Below, piece by piece: positions 39,511 through 52,523 of a stretch of DNA of 64,000 nt. A program made the position numbers and the translations under genes. The notes beneath the pieces were generated by a model. That model was given only the letters and a program-made list of their open reading frames with translations, did no database searches and had not been told where the DNA came from. The stretch comes from the human T2T-CHM13v2.0 reference genome, Homo sapiens. Every line of letters starts with the position of its first letter. Positions within the stretch are counted from its first letter, which is position 1. The stretch lies in the NCBI RefSeq assembly GCF_009914755.1, contig NC_060935.1; one strand, given 5' to 3'.

Positions 39511-41899
39511 CTAAACCCTCTTAGGTTAGAGGGTGTCCAGAGGTGAGAGAGGACAGTAATTATGTCCATTGGCCCTGGAGCTGGGCTGCCCGGGTTCATA
39601 TCCCAGCCCTGCCATGTGACCTTGGGCAAGCTGTTTCATCTTTCTATGCCTCAGTTTCCTCACTTGTAAAACATGGATAATAACAATCTTGTGAATTATG
39701 TAATATAAACTTCTTAGAACAATGCCTTTTGTGACATAGGGCTCACAAACATTCTAATAAGGTCCTTGGGGCCGGGCGGGTTAGAGGGGGCAGTGAGAGG
39801 GATTATGTTACCTATAATGCATAAAACTGTAAAACTCCAGATAATTCATGAAAGATTACACAGATAGCATGGTTTCATTGTCCTCAGGGAGGGTCAGTGA
39901 GTTCCAGTGGGAGGAGAAAGTGCTATGCAGATGGTAGTTAGCTGCTTGATCCATCTTCCTGGGTCTTTTCAAGTTCACCAGGTCTCCTCTACTTAGGGAG
40001 TGCCCGACACCTCCTGGAGGCCCCTCAAATTCTGGTGCCTATGAGTTTCACCACTTCCAAGGAACAGAAATCTTGTCCTTTTGTCACCACCCACTACTCC
40101 TGTAGGGCATACTCATCTGCCCCCAGAGCTGGAGTGCTGGGAGAAGCTGGCCCTGTAGTGTGAGGGCAGAGTGGCCAGGCTCTAGCGGCTGCCTGGACCA
40201 TCATTTCCAATCTGAGCAGTAAATGTCTAACGCATGAGTCAAGTGCCTTGTTAATAAAAAAGAGAATAAATAGGCATTCCCTTTAGCAGTAAATGTTTTT
40301 TTTAAAAATACAACCTTCCATTAACTTTGGACCTGATGCCCATTCTAACTGTCACCAAAGGACTTGAATGGGATTGTAGAAAATAAACAATAACAGCTGA
40401 CTCTTCAAACACACCTGCAGTCCTCCTCCTTGTCACTGACAGTGCCCAGCTGTCAATTATTGCTCTGAGATGGGCTCTATCATGCAACTATTGGGATGAA
40501 TCACTGGGCCCTGTAGGGTGAATGGTTCACAGATGAGGAAAATGAGGACTTGGAAAGAAGATTTGATTTGCTCAAGAGCACAACATGAGTTGAAGGCAGA
40601 ACCAGGCCTACAACTCAGGACCACTGCTTATACGGTCTCTTCATTTCAGCTTAGGAAGTGGCACCAGGGACGGATGCTGGAAGACCTTGACTGCCCTTAA
40701 ACCTGAGAGGTTTCATTCATGCATGCATTTGTTCATTCATTTAATGTATCTACCAAATACCTGCTACAAACTGCCATGGTGCTAGCTTCCCTTAATACCT
40801 TTCTATAAAACCATAATGATCTAACCCTTTTTGAAATCTTATTGTCCCAGCTCTACTCTCTCCCGGCCTGAAAAACTCCAAGTATGAGTTTCTATCTGTT
40901 GATGGGCTGCATGCACTTTGCACCAAGGGCAATATGGCCTTGGCTCTGCCACTTTCTAGCTGTGTAATCCTGAGTGAACTACTCAGCCTCACAAAGTCTC
41001 CATTTTCTCATCAGTAACATAGAGATAATATTATAACCTGTATCACAGGATGCTGCAAAAATATGAGATAATGTATGTAAAGAACTTAACATAGTATTTA
41101 GCTGGTGCTCAATAAATGACAGTAATTTACAGACAGAAATGACAGAAAGTTACAGTAATAAGCACATTATTATTACTCTTGTCATGTGAAACAAGTCTCT
41201 GGAGATTCAGCAAATGGAATCTTCCCCTCTGGGACTCTAAAAAGTCAGGCTCTCTTTGTTCATGTGCCTAAGCAACTTTTGTGCTTTATAAACTATAGGA
41301 ATCGTGATATAGGGACAACTTGCCAAATGTTTTCAGGTCTAATGCAACAGATCCTTGATGTCTATAACCAACCGTATCTTTTTTTCCTTTCTGGGACCAG
41401 CTGGCCTGAGAAATAGTCTTCCTCTAAGTCTGATAAGGTCTGTGAACCCCAGACCTGTTAGGAATGTTGGCTATACATGGAGATAACTGCAAGGAAATGG
41501 GGCTGCCCTCCAATGTATTAACAAGGTTTAAAAAAACCCATAAACAATGGACATGGTTAGTTATCTATGGAAGTAACCCAAGAAATTCTCTGTATATGGG
41601 GTTGCAGAGTTGAGAGGCTTAACAGACATCTCTAGAAGGCAGGACAGAAAGACAACTATAAATAAGTGGGTGATGACATTCTTTGAAGACACTTTTACTT
41701 TAAGCAATTTTCCCTTCTTTAGTAAGAACCCCTATATATGAGGGATGGCTTCCCCATGACCACATTTATACCCCACAATCCTGTCCCCTGGCCATGACTG
41801 ATTGACCCTGATCCAAGCTGGACTTATCAGATTATTTCTTTCAAGAACTTAGAGACCAGGAGCTTCTGGAACCTAGTCATACTGGGCCTGTGGCCTGGG

Positions 41900-43015
41900 C
41901 AGTGATCTTCAGAGTAGAGTATGTCATCCAGGGAATGCAGGATGACTTGGTGGAGTATAGGAAGGAAATTTAAAATAAAAACCTTCAATTTTTAATTAAA
42001 AATAGTAACAAAGTACACTTCCTTAATATTTAATAAACAGATTGGCAGTGGTGCTGGTTCATGTATTGAAAGGCCAGTTATATCCAGTTTGTGAGCTGTT
42101 GTAAGGGGAATTCTACAGTGTTACGGAACTGATGTAGCACCCTCATGTATCCATTTGTTTTTCCTGAAGGGTGACACAGTTTGTGTGTGCCCAAGTAAGT
42201 AGGTTAATAAAACATATTTATCTAGTTTTAACCAAACCTACTATCATAAAATGTGTATGCGGCTTAAAAGGTTTGTGCCAAAAAAAAAAAAAAAGTACAA
42301 TGAAAATACTTCTACTAATAAAGCTAAAAGTAATTCTCAAAAAAAAATTTTACAAAGTAGTGGATAAAACTGAAAATTTAATATAATAATTCAGGAAGTA
42401 AGGATGTCCCTCTTCCACATGAGGTATCTGAGCTGGTTTTCCTCTGCCCTCCTTCCCTTTCTCCCTGCCCTGCCCCCTGGTTCTCTGCTGTGTGCTTCAG
42501 GATGACACCTATGGAATGTATAACTTGGGCTCCTTTGCTTGCAGGCTGAGTTTGGCCAAGGGACCAGTAGGGGATGGGAGGAGAGAGAGGCCTGGGCCTT
42601 TCCTCCCTTGCTCCAGCACCACATCTCTGGCAGTGACTGTGACTCTCCTTAGCTACAGCTCATTCTGGATGGAACCTCTTCCCTGGCTCCAGAGCTCACT
42701 AGCTTCTGGTAATACGATTTTCTTCTCTTTCCCCTTGAAGAAGCACATAGAATCATGACCAAAGAATACTTATTTAGGGAAAGCAGGAAAGTTGTTGACA
42801 CTTTAAAAAAAAAAAAAAGCATGATTTTCAAAATATTATTTCATCTTTCTTGTTCTTTAAAAATTTCTATTTTTATGTTTTATAAAGTAACGCATTAGTA
42901 CAATAGCTCATGAATATGATTTATAATAAAGAAATATACATAAATTGGAGGTGCATGCTAAAAAAATTTTCTCTAAACTAATAAGATGCAACATCCAAAA
43001 AACTTGAAGACCTCT
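41900..43015. mobile_element. Charlie4-like hAT remnant with a nested LTR-like fragment
   Basis: Ends CAGTGATCTTCAGAGT ... ACTTGAAGACC resemble hAT TIRs; family from memory. Confidence 0.45.
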
Positions 43016-43037
43016 CCTGTAGAGAAAAGGCTGGCAA

Positions 43038-43517
43038 ACTATAAATCATGCTGCTATAAAGACACATGCATACGTATGTTTATTGCGGCACTATTCACAA
43101 TAGCAAAGACTTGGAATCAACCCAAATGTCCAACAATGATAGACTGGATTAAGAAAATGTGGCACATATACACCATGGAATACTATGCAGCCTTAAAAAA
43201 TGATGAGTTCATGTCCTTTGTAGGGACATGGATGAAACTGGAAATCATCATTCTCAGTAAACTATTGCAAGGACAAAAAACCAAACACTGCATCTTCTCA
43301 CTCATAGATGGGAATTGAACAATGAGAACACATGGACACAGGAAGGGGAACATCACACTCTGGGGACTGTTGTGGGGTGGGGAGAGCGGGGAGGGAGAGC
43401 ATTAGGAGATATACCTAATGCTAAATGACGAGTTAATGGGTGCAGCACACCAGCATGGCACATGTATACATATGTAACTAACCTGCATATTGTACACATG
43501 TACCCTAAAACTTAAAG

Positions 43518-43564
<47 letters not shown>
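43038..43564 (+). mobile_element. 5'-truncated primate L1 (L1PA3-like): ORF2 C-terminus + 3' UTR + (AAT)14 tail
   Basis: Translates as ...KDTCIRMFIAALFTIAKTWNQPKCPTMIDWIKKMWHIYTMEYY...; perfect TSD AGAGAAAAGGCTGGCAA (43021-43037 / 43565-43581). Confidence 0.95.
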
Positions 43565-43565
<1 letters not shown>

Positions 43566-44064
43566 GAGAAAAGGCTGGCAAGTTCCTGCTGCTGGGATCT
43601 GAAAGCTGCCCTGGGTCCTGCCTTCCTGAGGCATTGCTGGCTACCTACCTTTTCCTTTGATTTTCTCAAATACCTTATAATAAATCCTACTTTCTCTTAA
43701 GTTAGCCAACATAGCCTTCTGAGATCTGGCAATCAAAGAACTTTAACCAATATATAGGTGGGATCTGCAATTTCTTGTGTGCTGGGACAGACTATGTGAA
43801 TATCACATAATAACTACCATTTTATAGAGCATTTTTCTACAGCAAAGAGAAAGGCTTGTCCAAACTTCCCAGAGGAAAGAGGCCCTTCCTGAGCTCTGGA
43901 AGAGTCTCTCTGCTGTAGGCAGAGGTGGCTCATCAGGCCACATCATAGCTTAGGTGACCCACCCCTCAGAACTTTCTGCCTTCTTACCTAAATCTCTATC
44001 TATCAAGCATTTTGGTCATTGGAAAGGGTTTGTCTCCTATCATATACTGGCACATAGACATTCA

Positions 44065-44350
<286 letters not shown>

Positions 44351-44370
44351 ATTAAAAGAATTGTATACTT

Positions 44371-44658
44371 TAGTAATCTCAGTGCTTTAGCAGGCTGAGG
44401 CAAGAGTATCACTTGAGTCCAGGAGTTTGAGACCAGCATGGGCAACATAGCAAGACCCTGTCTCTAAAACAAAAAAACGTTTAAAACATTAGCCAGGTGA
44501 GGTAGTATATGCCTGTAGTCCTAGCTACTTGGGAGGCTGAGGTGGGAGGATCACTTGAGCCAGGGAGGTCAAGGCTGCAAGTCAGCTGTGACTATACCAC
44601 TGCACTCCAGCCCAGGGGTCAGAGTGAGACCCTGCCTCTCTTGAAAAAAAAAAAAAAA
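44371..44658 (+). mobile_element. Alu (AluJ-like), 5'-truncated
   Basis: AluJ diagnostics (GGAGGATCACTTGAGCC, GGTCAAGGCTGCA); flanked by AATTGTATACTT repeats. Confidence 0.88.
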
Positions 44659-46509
44659 TTGTATACTTCAGTCTCTTGTGAGTTTGATTATTGTGAGTCA
44701 GTCTCTACATAAGCAATCAACTAATCAATTCCAGGTCACTAACCAGGCTTAGGGATAGGTCCAGGACTCTAGAACATCCCCAAGGTGATGCTCCTTGGGG
44801 AAGTCTCTTAGAAGCCAACTAGCCAGGTTTATCTTGACAACACCTAGCCTTATCATCATTGCCTTCCAAACTACAACGGGGACCAGTTAGATCTCAGGTG
44901 GGAAACAAGAAAGATGTCTTAGGTAAGAAGCCCAGGAAGACATTACATTCTTTCTACCATACCCATACAAGTCAAAAATATGACAAGAGAGTCCTTGGGG
45001 AAACCTGACCATTTGGGGGCATCCAAAATAGAGGACTCCCATGTGCTCAATATTAATCTGGGCTTCAATAATAATAATTACTTATTGGGTACTTATTCAG
45101 TTATAAGTACTTTAGATCTAGCAATCCATTTCATAGGTAAGGGGACTCAGAGGTTAGATCATTCGCCCACGTCAAACAGTAAGTTGTGGGGCTGGGATTT
45201 GAACAGACTGGGTGACCTCGGCAACATTTACAGACTTTTAGGGCACAAACTTTGGAGAGCCATAGAAAGTGACTCAAGACACACAATGTAGGACATGGCA
45301 TTTCTTGCCAGTAAAAAGCTTGTGATTCTAAATTTGTATTTTTCCTTCTAAATAGAGGAAGGAACTTGTTCATAAACAAGACTAGGAGACCTGATAAAGA
45401 TCATTACATACTGAAAGAAACCAAGAGAAGTGCAAAGTAGAGCAAGCCTAGTGGGGAAGCTGCTCCAGTGCCCTGCCCCGAGAGCTCAGGACCTCAGCTC
45501 TGAGCAGCAGCACTGGGACCTCCAGGGCTTTGTTCTTATGGGGGCAGGAACAAAGGGTCAGGCATTATCACTCTGTCCTGCAGCCAGGTCTATAGGCCAC
45601 AGAGAGATGGAAAGAGATGGGGCTTGGTGGTCTGGTGGTTTTGGTTTGACTCTCATTCTTCTCATACTAGTTACTATCCTCCTTGAATCAGTTTGTTCAC
45701 AAATACCTCCCTTGCATGGCTAAAGTACAGATTTGATGAGATATTGTATAAAATGTGCCTGGCACATACAAACTTGCTCAAACAATGGTAGTTCCTTTCC
45801 CATATATTTTCTCATCTATCTGTAAGAAGTAACCCAGAAGAAAGGAGTTAAGAGATCACTTGCTCCCTGTCTGGAGTTGCCTAAATGAAACTTCTGTGAA
45901 AAAAGGAAAATTCATCGCCGCAGAAACTTCTAGTCAGATGCTTGCCTTGTCTAAGGAAGGACTCTGCATTAAACAAGTTCCCCACCAGGCATCTCTGGAG
46001 AAAAGATGAGGATTGATTAACTGGAAAAGGGAGGAGAGGGGGTGCCCATGGGACCATGTGGCAACCCCTGCAGCCTCGGCCCTGCCTGTCTCTCACTAGG
46101 GCAGGGCACAAGTCTTGCCAGGTGCCCATGGGAGACCAGCCTTGCAAGTGGGCTTTAGCCAGGCCCTCATAGTGGTACCCCAGAGTGCCACGCTCTTCCA
46201 CACCAAGAGAATGGCTATCTGATGGTGAGTTCTGAGAAGTACCTGCATGAATAGCTCAGCCCTCCCTCTTCTGTTTCTCTAGGGAATTAGCTGCTTTCAG
46301 GGGACACACATTCTGCTCTGTTTCTCCAAGCTTTAATATTTAAAGAGCCCTACTTTCCCCAGTGGGCACCCCCTAGGGCTGGGGGATAAATCTGCTCAAT
46401 GCAATATTAGAAAACCTACTTGCCTGTTGATCCAAACACTTTCCAACACCAGCTTCATCAGTCATACGGGTGATATTAGTCTCTGAATTCCCAACAAGCC
46501 TTAAAGCTT

Positions 46510-46692
46510 CAGTGAAGGAAAGAGGTGTTATTTATTGGGCCTCCTTAAAGACTTCACCAGATACAGATGCCCAATCCTCTTGAGAGGAAGTCCACCACTC
46601 TCCTTGCGGTGTTTTTGGAGTTGAGAATAGGACCCAGGACTGTGGATGGTCAGAGCCTCAAACCCAGTGCAGAAGTCTTCTTGATGGAATCT
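46510..46692 (-). other. IRAG1: Candidate alternative terminal exon (intronic polyadenylation) of IRAG1
   Basis: Acceptor CCCCTGTCTGTTCCCCTCCAG|AG at 46693/46692, TGA at 46660-46658 in exon-1 frame, AATAAA at 46536-46531; 3' end approximate. Confidence 0.5.
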
Positions 46693-46833
46693 CTGGAGGG
46701 GAACAGACAGGGGCTAGAAATAATAAGACCTAATGTATACCGAGTGCTAAGAATAGACAGTGGGCTAAGGGATTTAGCTTTGCTTTTTTTTGGGGGGGGG
46801 TGGTATTTAACTTTGTAAAATGGACACTATCAT

Positions 46834-47078
46834 TACAGGTCGAGCATTCCAAATCTGAAAAATCTGAAATCTAAAATGCTCCAAAATGCAAGAATTTCTG
46901 GCCACTGGCAAGACACTCAAAGGAAATGCTCACTGGAGCATTTCAGATTTTGGATTTTTGGATTTGGGATGCTGAACTGGGTAAATATGATGCAAATATT
47001 CCAAAGGCCAAAAAAAAAAAAAGTGAAATCTGAAACACCTGTGGTCCCAAGCATTTTGGTAAGGGATACTGAACCCAT
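46834..47078. mobile_element. Tigger4-like (TcMar) DNA transposon remnant
   Basis: TACAGGTCGAGCATTCC...TCTGAAATCTAAAATGCTCCA / TGGAGCATTTCAGATTTTGGA internal inverted repeats. Confidence 0.75.
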
Positions 47079-49024
47079 ATTACAGGAGAAGAAACTGAAG
47101 CGCCAACAGATTAGGTGCAGCTCAAGGGATACAGCTGGTCAGTGGTGGAGCCACACGGTCACTCCAGGGTCCACACTTTCCATAGGGACACTGTGCTGCC
47201 TCCATTACAAGATGTCATCTCCCCACTGTGATAATAAGGGAAGAGCTGGCCAACACTGAGCCCACCTCCTGACTCAGGGCCCGGGGTTATTTTCACCACA
47301 CCTGTATGAGCAAAGTCAAGAATGTCTTCAGGCTTTCTTCTCCTCCTGATGAGCCAGGAAGCTTGGGCTCTCTGGAAACACCCTCTTGATTTGCTTATCA
47401 GCCACAGAACTCTCTGTGGCCTCTCTGTGTCCCTTCCCTGGTGGCCACTCTGGGAACCACATCCCACCCCTAGAGCCAGGCTGTGTGCAGTGTATAGTCT
47501 CATCCCTCTCAGCCTCTCTCATTGAGCCCATTGGTTCCTAAATTCCTGTTGGTTTTGCTGGGATGACTCAACTTCCCCAACACCCTGCACTCACCAATAC
47601 CTGGATTCCACCAAGTTCATACAACCCGATTTCCACCAAGCCGTGGTGGAATGACCTGACTCATTTATACACTATGCTCACAATTTTTCCCATGCCTGTG
47701 TTTTACCTATGCCTTTATTTACTTAATATTCTTTCATTTGAGTAGCAATGGGCCAGAAAATCAAGACTGAAACCCCGGTTGGCCATTTACTAACTTTGTG
47801 TTGTTAGGCAAGTTTCTTGCCCTCTCTGTGCCCCAGTTTCCTGATCTGTATAAGGAGGACAATGACAGTAACTACTTCAGAGGGTTGCTGTGAGGACTGA
47901 ATGAGCGACTGCAGGTAAAGCATTAGGACAGTGCCTAGCACACGGTACACACTCACCAAGTGTTAGCTACCATTGTCATTACTTTTATTTAAAAGGGAAA
48001 CTTTATATTCCTACCTTAAATGGAAAAAGCAATACCACTTACCACAAATAGAGTTATAAAAATAAATAAAATGAAAACGGTTATTAAACCTTAGCTAAGG
48101 CCTGCTCTCATTTTTTTTAAGAAGGGAAACAAACAGAAAGATGGTGAAGGCATATGAGGCTTAAATGAGGGTGACCAACCTTTTGAATTTGTCCAGGACC
48201 TGTCCCAATTTTAGCACTGGAAGTCCTGCAGCAATTCTCATTCCCGGCTGACCCTGGACAGTCGGTCAACCTACCTCAAATAGAGGCTTTCTCTCCTTCA
48301 TTCAAAGGAATAAAAAGAACTTAAGAAGGAATAATGTTCTTACAATGTGATGTTGTGTGTTTAAGGCTGGGTCAGTATCCCACATACGATCATCTTGCAG
48401 AACAAGCTCACACCTTGGGCCACACCACACAAACCCACCTCTGAGAGCTGAGTCTCCAAATGCTATAAACCTATGGAAGAGCCATCATGTCACATGTGCC
48501 ACTGAGAAAGTCCCCAAAGAAAAATCACATTTGTAAATGCCAAGAAGAGGAACAGTGATTAAATTGTTGCACGGCTAAAATGACTCTATGTTATAAAACC
48601 ATTGAAAAATCATGTTTTGGAGAATCTTTAATGATATGGAAAAAGGATTATATTAGAATGCTCAGTTTTAAAAAGCAGACTAAAAAATAACATATACACT
48701 AAGATCCTAGTTTTACAAAATATAGAGAAATGTAAAGGAAGAAACACACCATAATATAAACAATACTTATCACTGAGGAATGGTATTCTAGAGGGTTTTT
48801 TATTTCTTTATATTTATTTCTGAATTTCTTATTTATATCCACTTCTATATTTTCCAAGAAAGTCTAGCAAAGAACATGCATTACTTTTTTTTCTAGAAAA
48901 AACTGAATAGAAATTACAAATTACAAATAAAAAAGTAATAGGAAGAAAGTAACCAGAGCTGATTAAGCCCAGCCTTAGCAGACTTTTTTTACATGTCTTC
49001 TCCGCTAGGAAAAGTTTTCAGTCT

Positions 49025-49301
49025 GGCCGGGTGCGATGGCTCACGCCTATAATCCCAGACTTTGGGAGGCTGAGGTGGGCTGATCACTTGAGGTCAGGAG
49101 TTCGAGACCAGCCTGGGCAACATGACAAAACTCCATCTTTACTAAAAATGTAAAAATTAGCCAGGCATGGTGGTACTCACCTGTAATCCCAGCTACTTGG
49201 GAGGCTGAGGCATGAGAATTGCTTGAACCCGGGAGGTGGGGTTGCACCACTGCACTCCAGCCTGGGTGACAGTGCGAGACCCTGTCTAAAAAAAAAAAAA
49301 A
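49025..49301 (+). mobile_element. Alu (AluS-like), antisense to IRAG1, with ~17 nt deleted in right arm
   Basis: Alu consensus; GTGAGCCGAGATCGCG segment absent at ~49246. Confidence 0.93.
49181..49285 (-). CDS. IRAG1: Candidate Alu-derived in-frame cassette exon of IRAG1 (105 nt; [35 protein letters not shown])
   Basis: T14-AG|ACAG acceptor, CAG|GTGAGT donor, phase 1-1, no stop codon. Confidence 0.6.
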
Positions 49302-52300
49302 TGTTTCCTGTCCGACCAACTGTCCTCTGCTTTCCACCTCCCTTGGAGAAAGCCCTTGCAGAGAAGGCAGGGCTTGTCCAGGGTCATGGGCGTGAGTTAC
49401 CTCTGCTAAGACTCTGAATTTGAAGGCCCATTTGTGAGGCTGCCCTGGACTGTCGCCTGAACTCAGAGTCTAGCCTCCAAGGTCCACAGGACTAACATGA
49501 TATCCCCTTTCCCTCTATTCGTGATTTTCCTGTGATTTGGACTGTGACACTCAGTAACTGCCCCAGGACCTAAGTTACTAACTAGCGGCAGGGTGACATC
49601 TAATGCAGGAAGCGCCCGCTTTGGACCAAGGTGGCTTGAGCTGGAGTCCACCACCTACCAGCTGTATGCCTCTCTCCTCATCTCTAACATGAGGCTTAAA
49701 TTAAATAACAGATCTAGCACAGATCCTGGCACAAAGTAGAAGCTCAATTAATACCAATTTTCTCCCGTTTCCTTTTACATTCACTACCTGAGAACTCAGC
49801 TCTCCATCTCCCTCCTCTGACTCAGCTCCCCAAGGGGCAGGGGCAGGGCCAGAGTCTGGGGGCCCCAAGCTCTCTTCTCCCTATCTACCCAGGCCTCTGC
49901 TTCTATTCAGTCAGCAAACAATCCCTCTGCTGACCAATAAGCCCCAGAGAGAGCGGCTGAGGGGCAGTCCAGGCTCTGTGAGGTGACCCAGGAGAGGAGG
50001 CAGGGTGAGAGAGGTGGGTAACTTCAGGCCCCCACCTTGTGTTCTTTAGGGTCAAACTAGATGAATCTGATCATCAGGCACATGTACAAAATCAACCCAG
50101 GGCCCTGTGTAACCAGAACCCACTTTATAAGCATTGTGTCCATTTATTCACAGAAACATGATTGAACCTGAGCACTTCGTGTGCTCCCGGCATTCTGGGT
50201 GCTAGACACACAACGGGTGAGGAACGGGATAAGGTCTCCGCCCTTGCAGGGCTCAGTCTGCTCCTCCAGGAGGTGTGGGGTGCTTCTGTCCACCTCTGTT
50301 ACAAAGACTTAGAGGAGAAAGGCAGGGCTTTTTAGAAAGCTGAGGACCCATCACGTATAGTTCAGCCCATCAGTCAAGGAACCTAGCTTCCTCACACAGA
50401 CCCACAGAACTCCTCATCCCCAAACCATGAGCCTCCTCAGCCTCCCAGGGATTCAGTTTCAAGTAGGTTTCACATGGCCCTAACTTCCTCACCCAAGATA
50501 CTATTTAAATTCCCTGCTTTGTCACTTGGTGGCTGGGTGAGCTTGGACGAGTCATTTAACATCCCCTAGCCCCACTGTCCTCACCTGGAGCAGTAAGGTA
50601 AAGATACATCCCCCATGGCATTCTGTGAGGGGCATGTGAAATCCCTCGTGGAAAGCCTCAGATGCACCATGTTGCAAGGGGGCCGGTGATTCCCCCGCTG
50701 CACTCTGACATGGGGTCCCAAGCAGACGGGAGCTGACCATGGAGGTCAAGAGCAGAGCCTCCAGAGACCATGGCCTGGGGCTGAGCATCAGCTGTGCAGC
50801 CTCTCTGTGCTAAAGTGTCCTCCTCTACAAGACCAGGGTGGAAAGAATGACCCCTGCTTTGTAGAGCTGTGGGAGTCATGAGTTACTGTATGGGAAGGGG
50901 AACAGTGTTCAATACATAGTAAGAACCATGTGTTTGCTGTTTATTTTCTTTCAGAAATATATTTATGGGGATAACCAATCATGTAGTAGCAGCTAGCACA
51001 TGGTTATCCCTCCAAGATGATAAAGGATACAGGAATGCCTCCCTTACCTCCAAGCATAAAGATAGGTGCATCCGCTGTGAATATAAACAGCCACCCACCA
51101 AATATGCACGCACACACACACACACACACGCACTATGGAATCATGGACAGTACAAACATGATAATGACAACTGTTTTGTCCATTAGGTCAAAAATCGCAA
51201 GACACAATTGGAGGCAGCATCATACCCTGGCATTCACGTCTGTGTTGAGAGGCATGGGCACTGGAGTTAGAGTCATACAAACTCATACAGGGTTTGAGTC
51301 CTAGCTCCGCTCCATCTTGGTGGAACGACCTTAGGCAAGTCACTTAACCTGAGTTCCCTCCCCCATAGAACTGTTGGGGTAGGGGAGTGCAGGGGGATGG
51401 GCAACTCCACCTGCCTCACTAGCATGTCATCGTCCCTCGGTGGGGGCAATACAATCCTTGGCAGGTCCTGACTCCTTTGGACCCCCAGCCTCACAGTCCC
51501 AGGAAGCTTCCTCCTTTTCCCTGCAAAAGACTCTGCTCAGACCAGATTTACTTCCCTGTGCCACCCCAGTGAGCAGCCTGAAGAGTGTTCAGCAGCTGCC
51601 GAGCTCTGGGAGGCTGGAGTGCTGGCCAGGGGTCCCAGACCCCGGGCTGCTGTTTACTCAAACTGCAGAGCCTCTATAGCCTTTACAACTGTTTCCTGGG
51701 CAGGAGGGAGCAAGACAGCTGGGCCTCTCTCTGGCCTCTGGCTTCCACTGGCTTTTCCTTTGGAAAAAGCCAGTTCAAATGGTGCTCACTCTAGGAATCG
51801 CTTCAACTCGGAGCCCTGGAGGTGAGCAGGGCCGGGCACGGGCCGGGCACATACACCCCCTCTAGGGAGCAGGGAAGGGCACAGGCCAGGGGAAGCTGGA
51901 GACAAAAGAGGAGACAGGGACAGAGATAAAAACAGGGACTGTGACAAGAACACAGGATGGGAAGGGCAGAGACAGAAATAGAGGCAGGCTTAAGGATCTA
52001 GACAGGTCATGCCAGCCCAGGTTCAAGGCAGAGGGGCGTAGGGGGACAGAGAGAGAGACACAGGAAGCACAGAGGGGAGAAAGCTCTGCTTAGCAGACTT
52101 GCCAAAGCTGAAGACCCCACTGTTGCCACAAAGGGGCCCACAGGAAAGCTAGGGGTTGCAATCGCCTGTCAGGACCCACATTTTCACCCTGAGCTGTGCA
52201 CACTTTCCAACGGCAAGCAAAAGGAGCACAATCTAGTTAAGTTAGGACTGGCAAGATTCACTTCTGATTTAAAACTTAAGACAGCAACAATAAAGATACT

Positions 52301-52450
52301 CAGCTGAAATGCCACCCAACAAAGCCAGCTCCCCTGGAAAGTTAAAGTTTAGCACCCCCATCCCAGCACCCTGTACCTTTAAGGAAGAGAAGGTTCCCTC
52401 CGCTTCCCAGCCGAAGAGGCAGGTTATTCTAGGATATAGGGGAGGCTTAC

Positions 52451-52517
52451 CTAAAACTGAGTTATTCTCCTTTCCTCCTCTGGCCAGCCTCCCTTCACTC
52501 TGGGGAGCTTTTACCAT
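52451..52517 (-). CDS. IRAG1: IRAG1/MRVI1 first coding exon (coding part, 67 nt; MVKAPQSEGRLARGGKENNSVL + 1 nt)
   Basis: ATG at 52517 preceded by an in-frame TAA; consensus donor TTAG|GTAAGC at 52451/52450; phase 1 joins exon 2 in frame (G+CC=Ala). Peptide recognised as the IRAG1 long-isoform N-terminus. Confidence 0.92.
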
Positions 52518-52523
52518 TTAAGG
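52514..52523. promoter_or_regulatory. CArG box (SRF consensus) overlapping the IRAG1 start codon
   Basis: CCATTTAAGG = CC(A/T)6GG; function inferred only. Confidence 0.5.

Noticed and set aside
42986-43318. 110-aa ORF with L1 ORF2 C-terminus
   Set aside because: 5'-truncated L1 fragment, not a functional gene.
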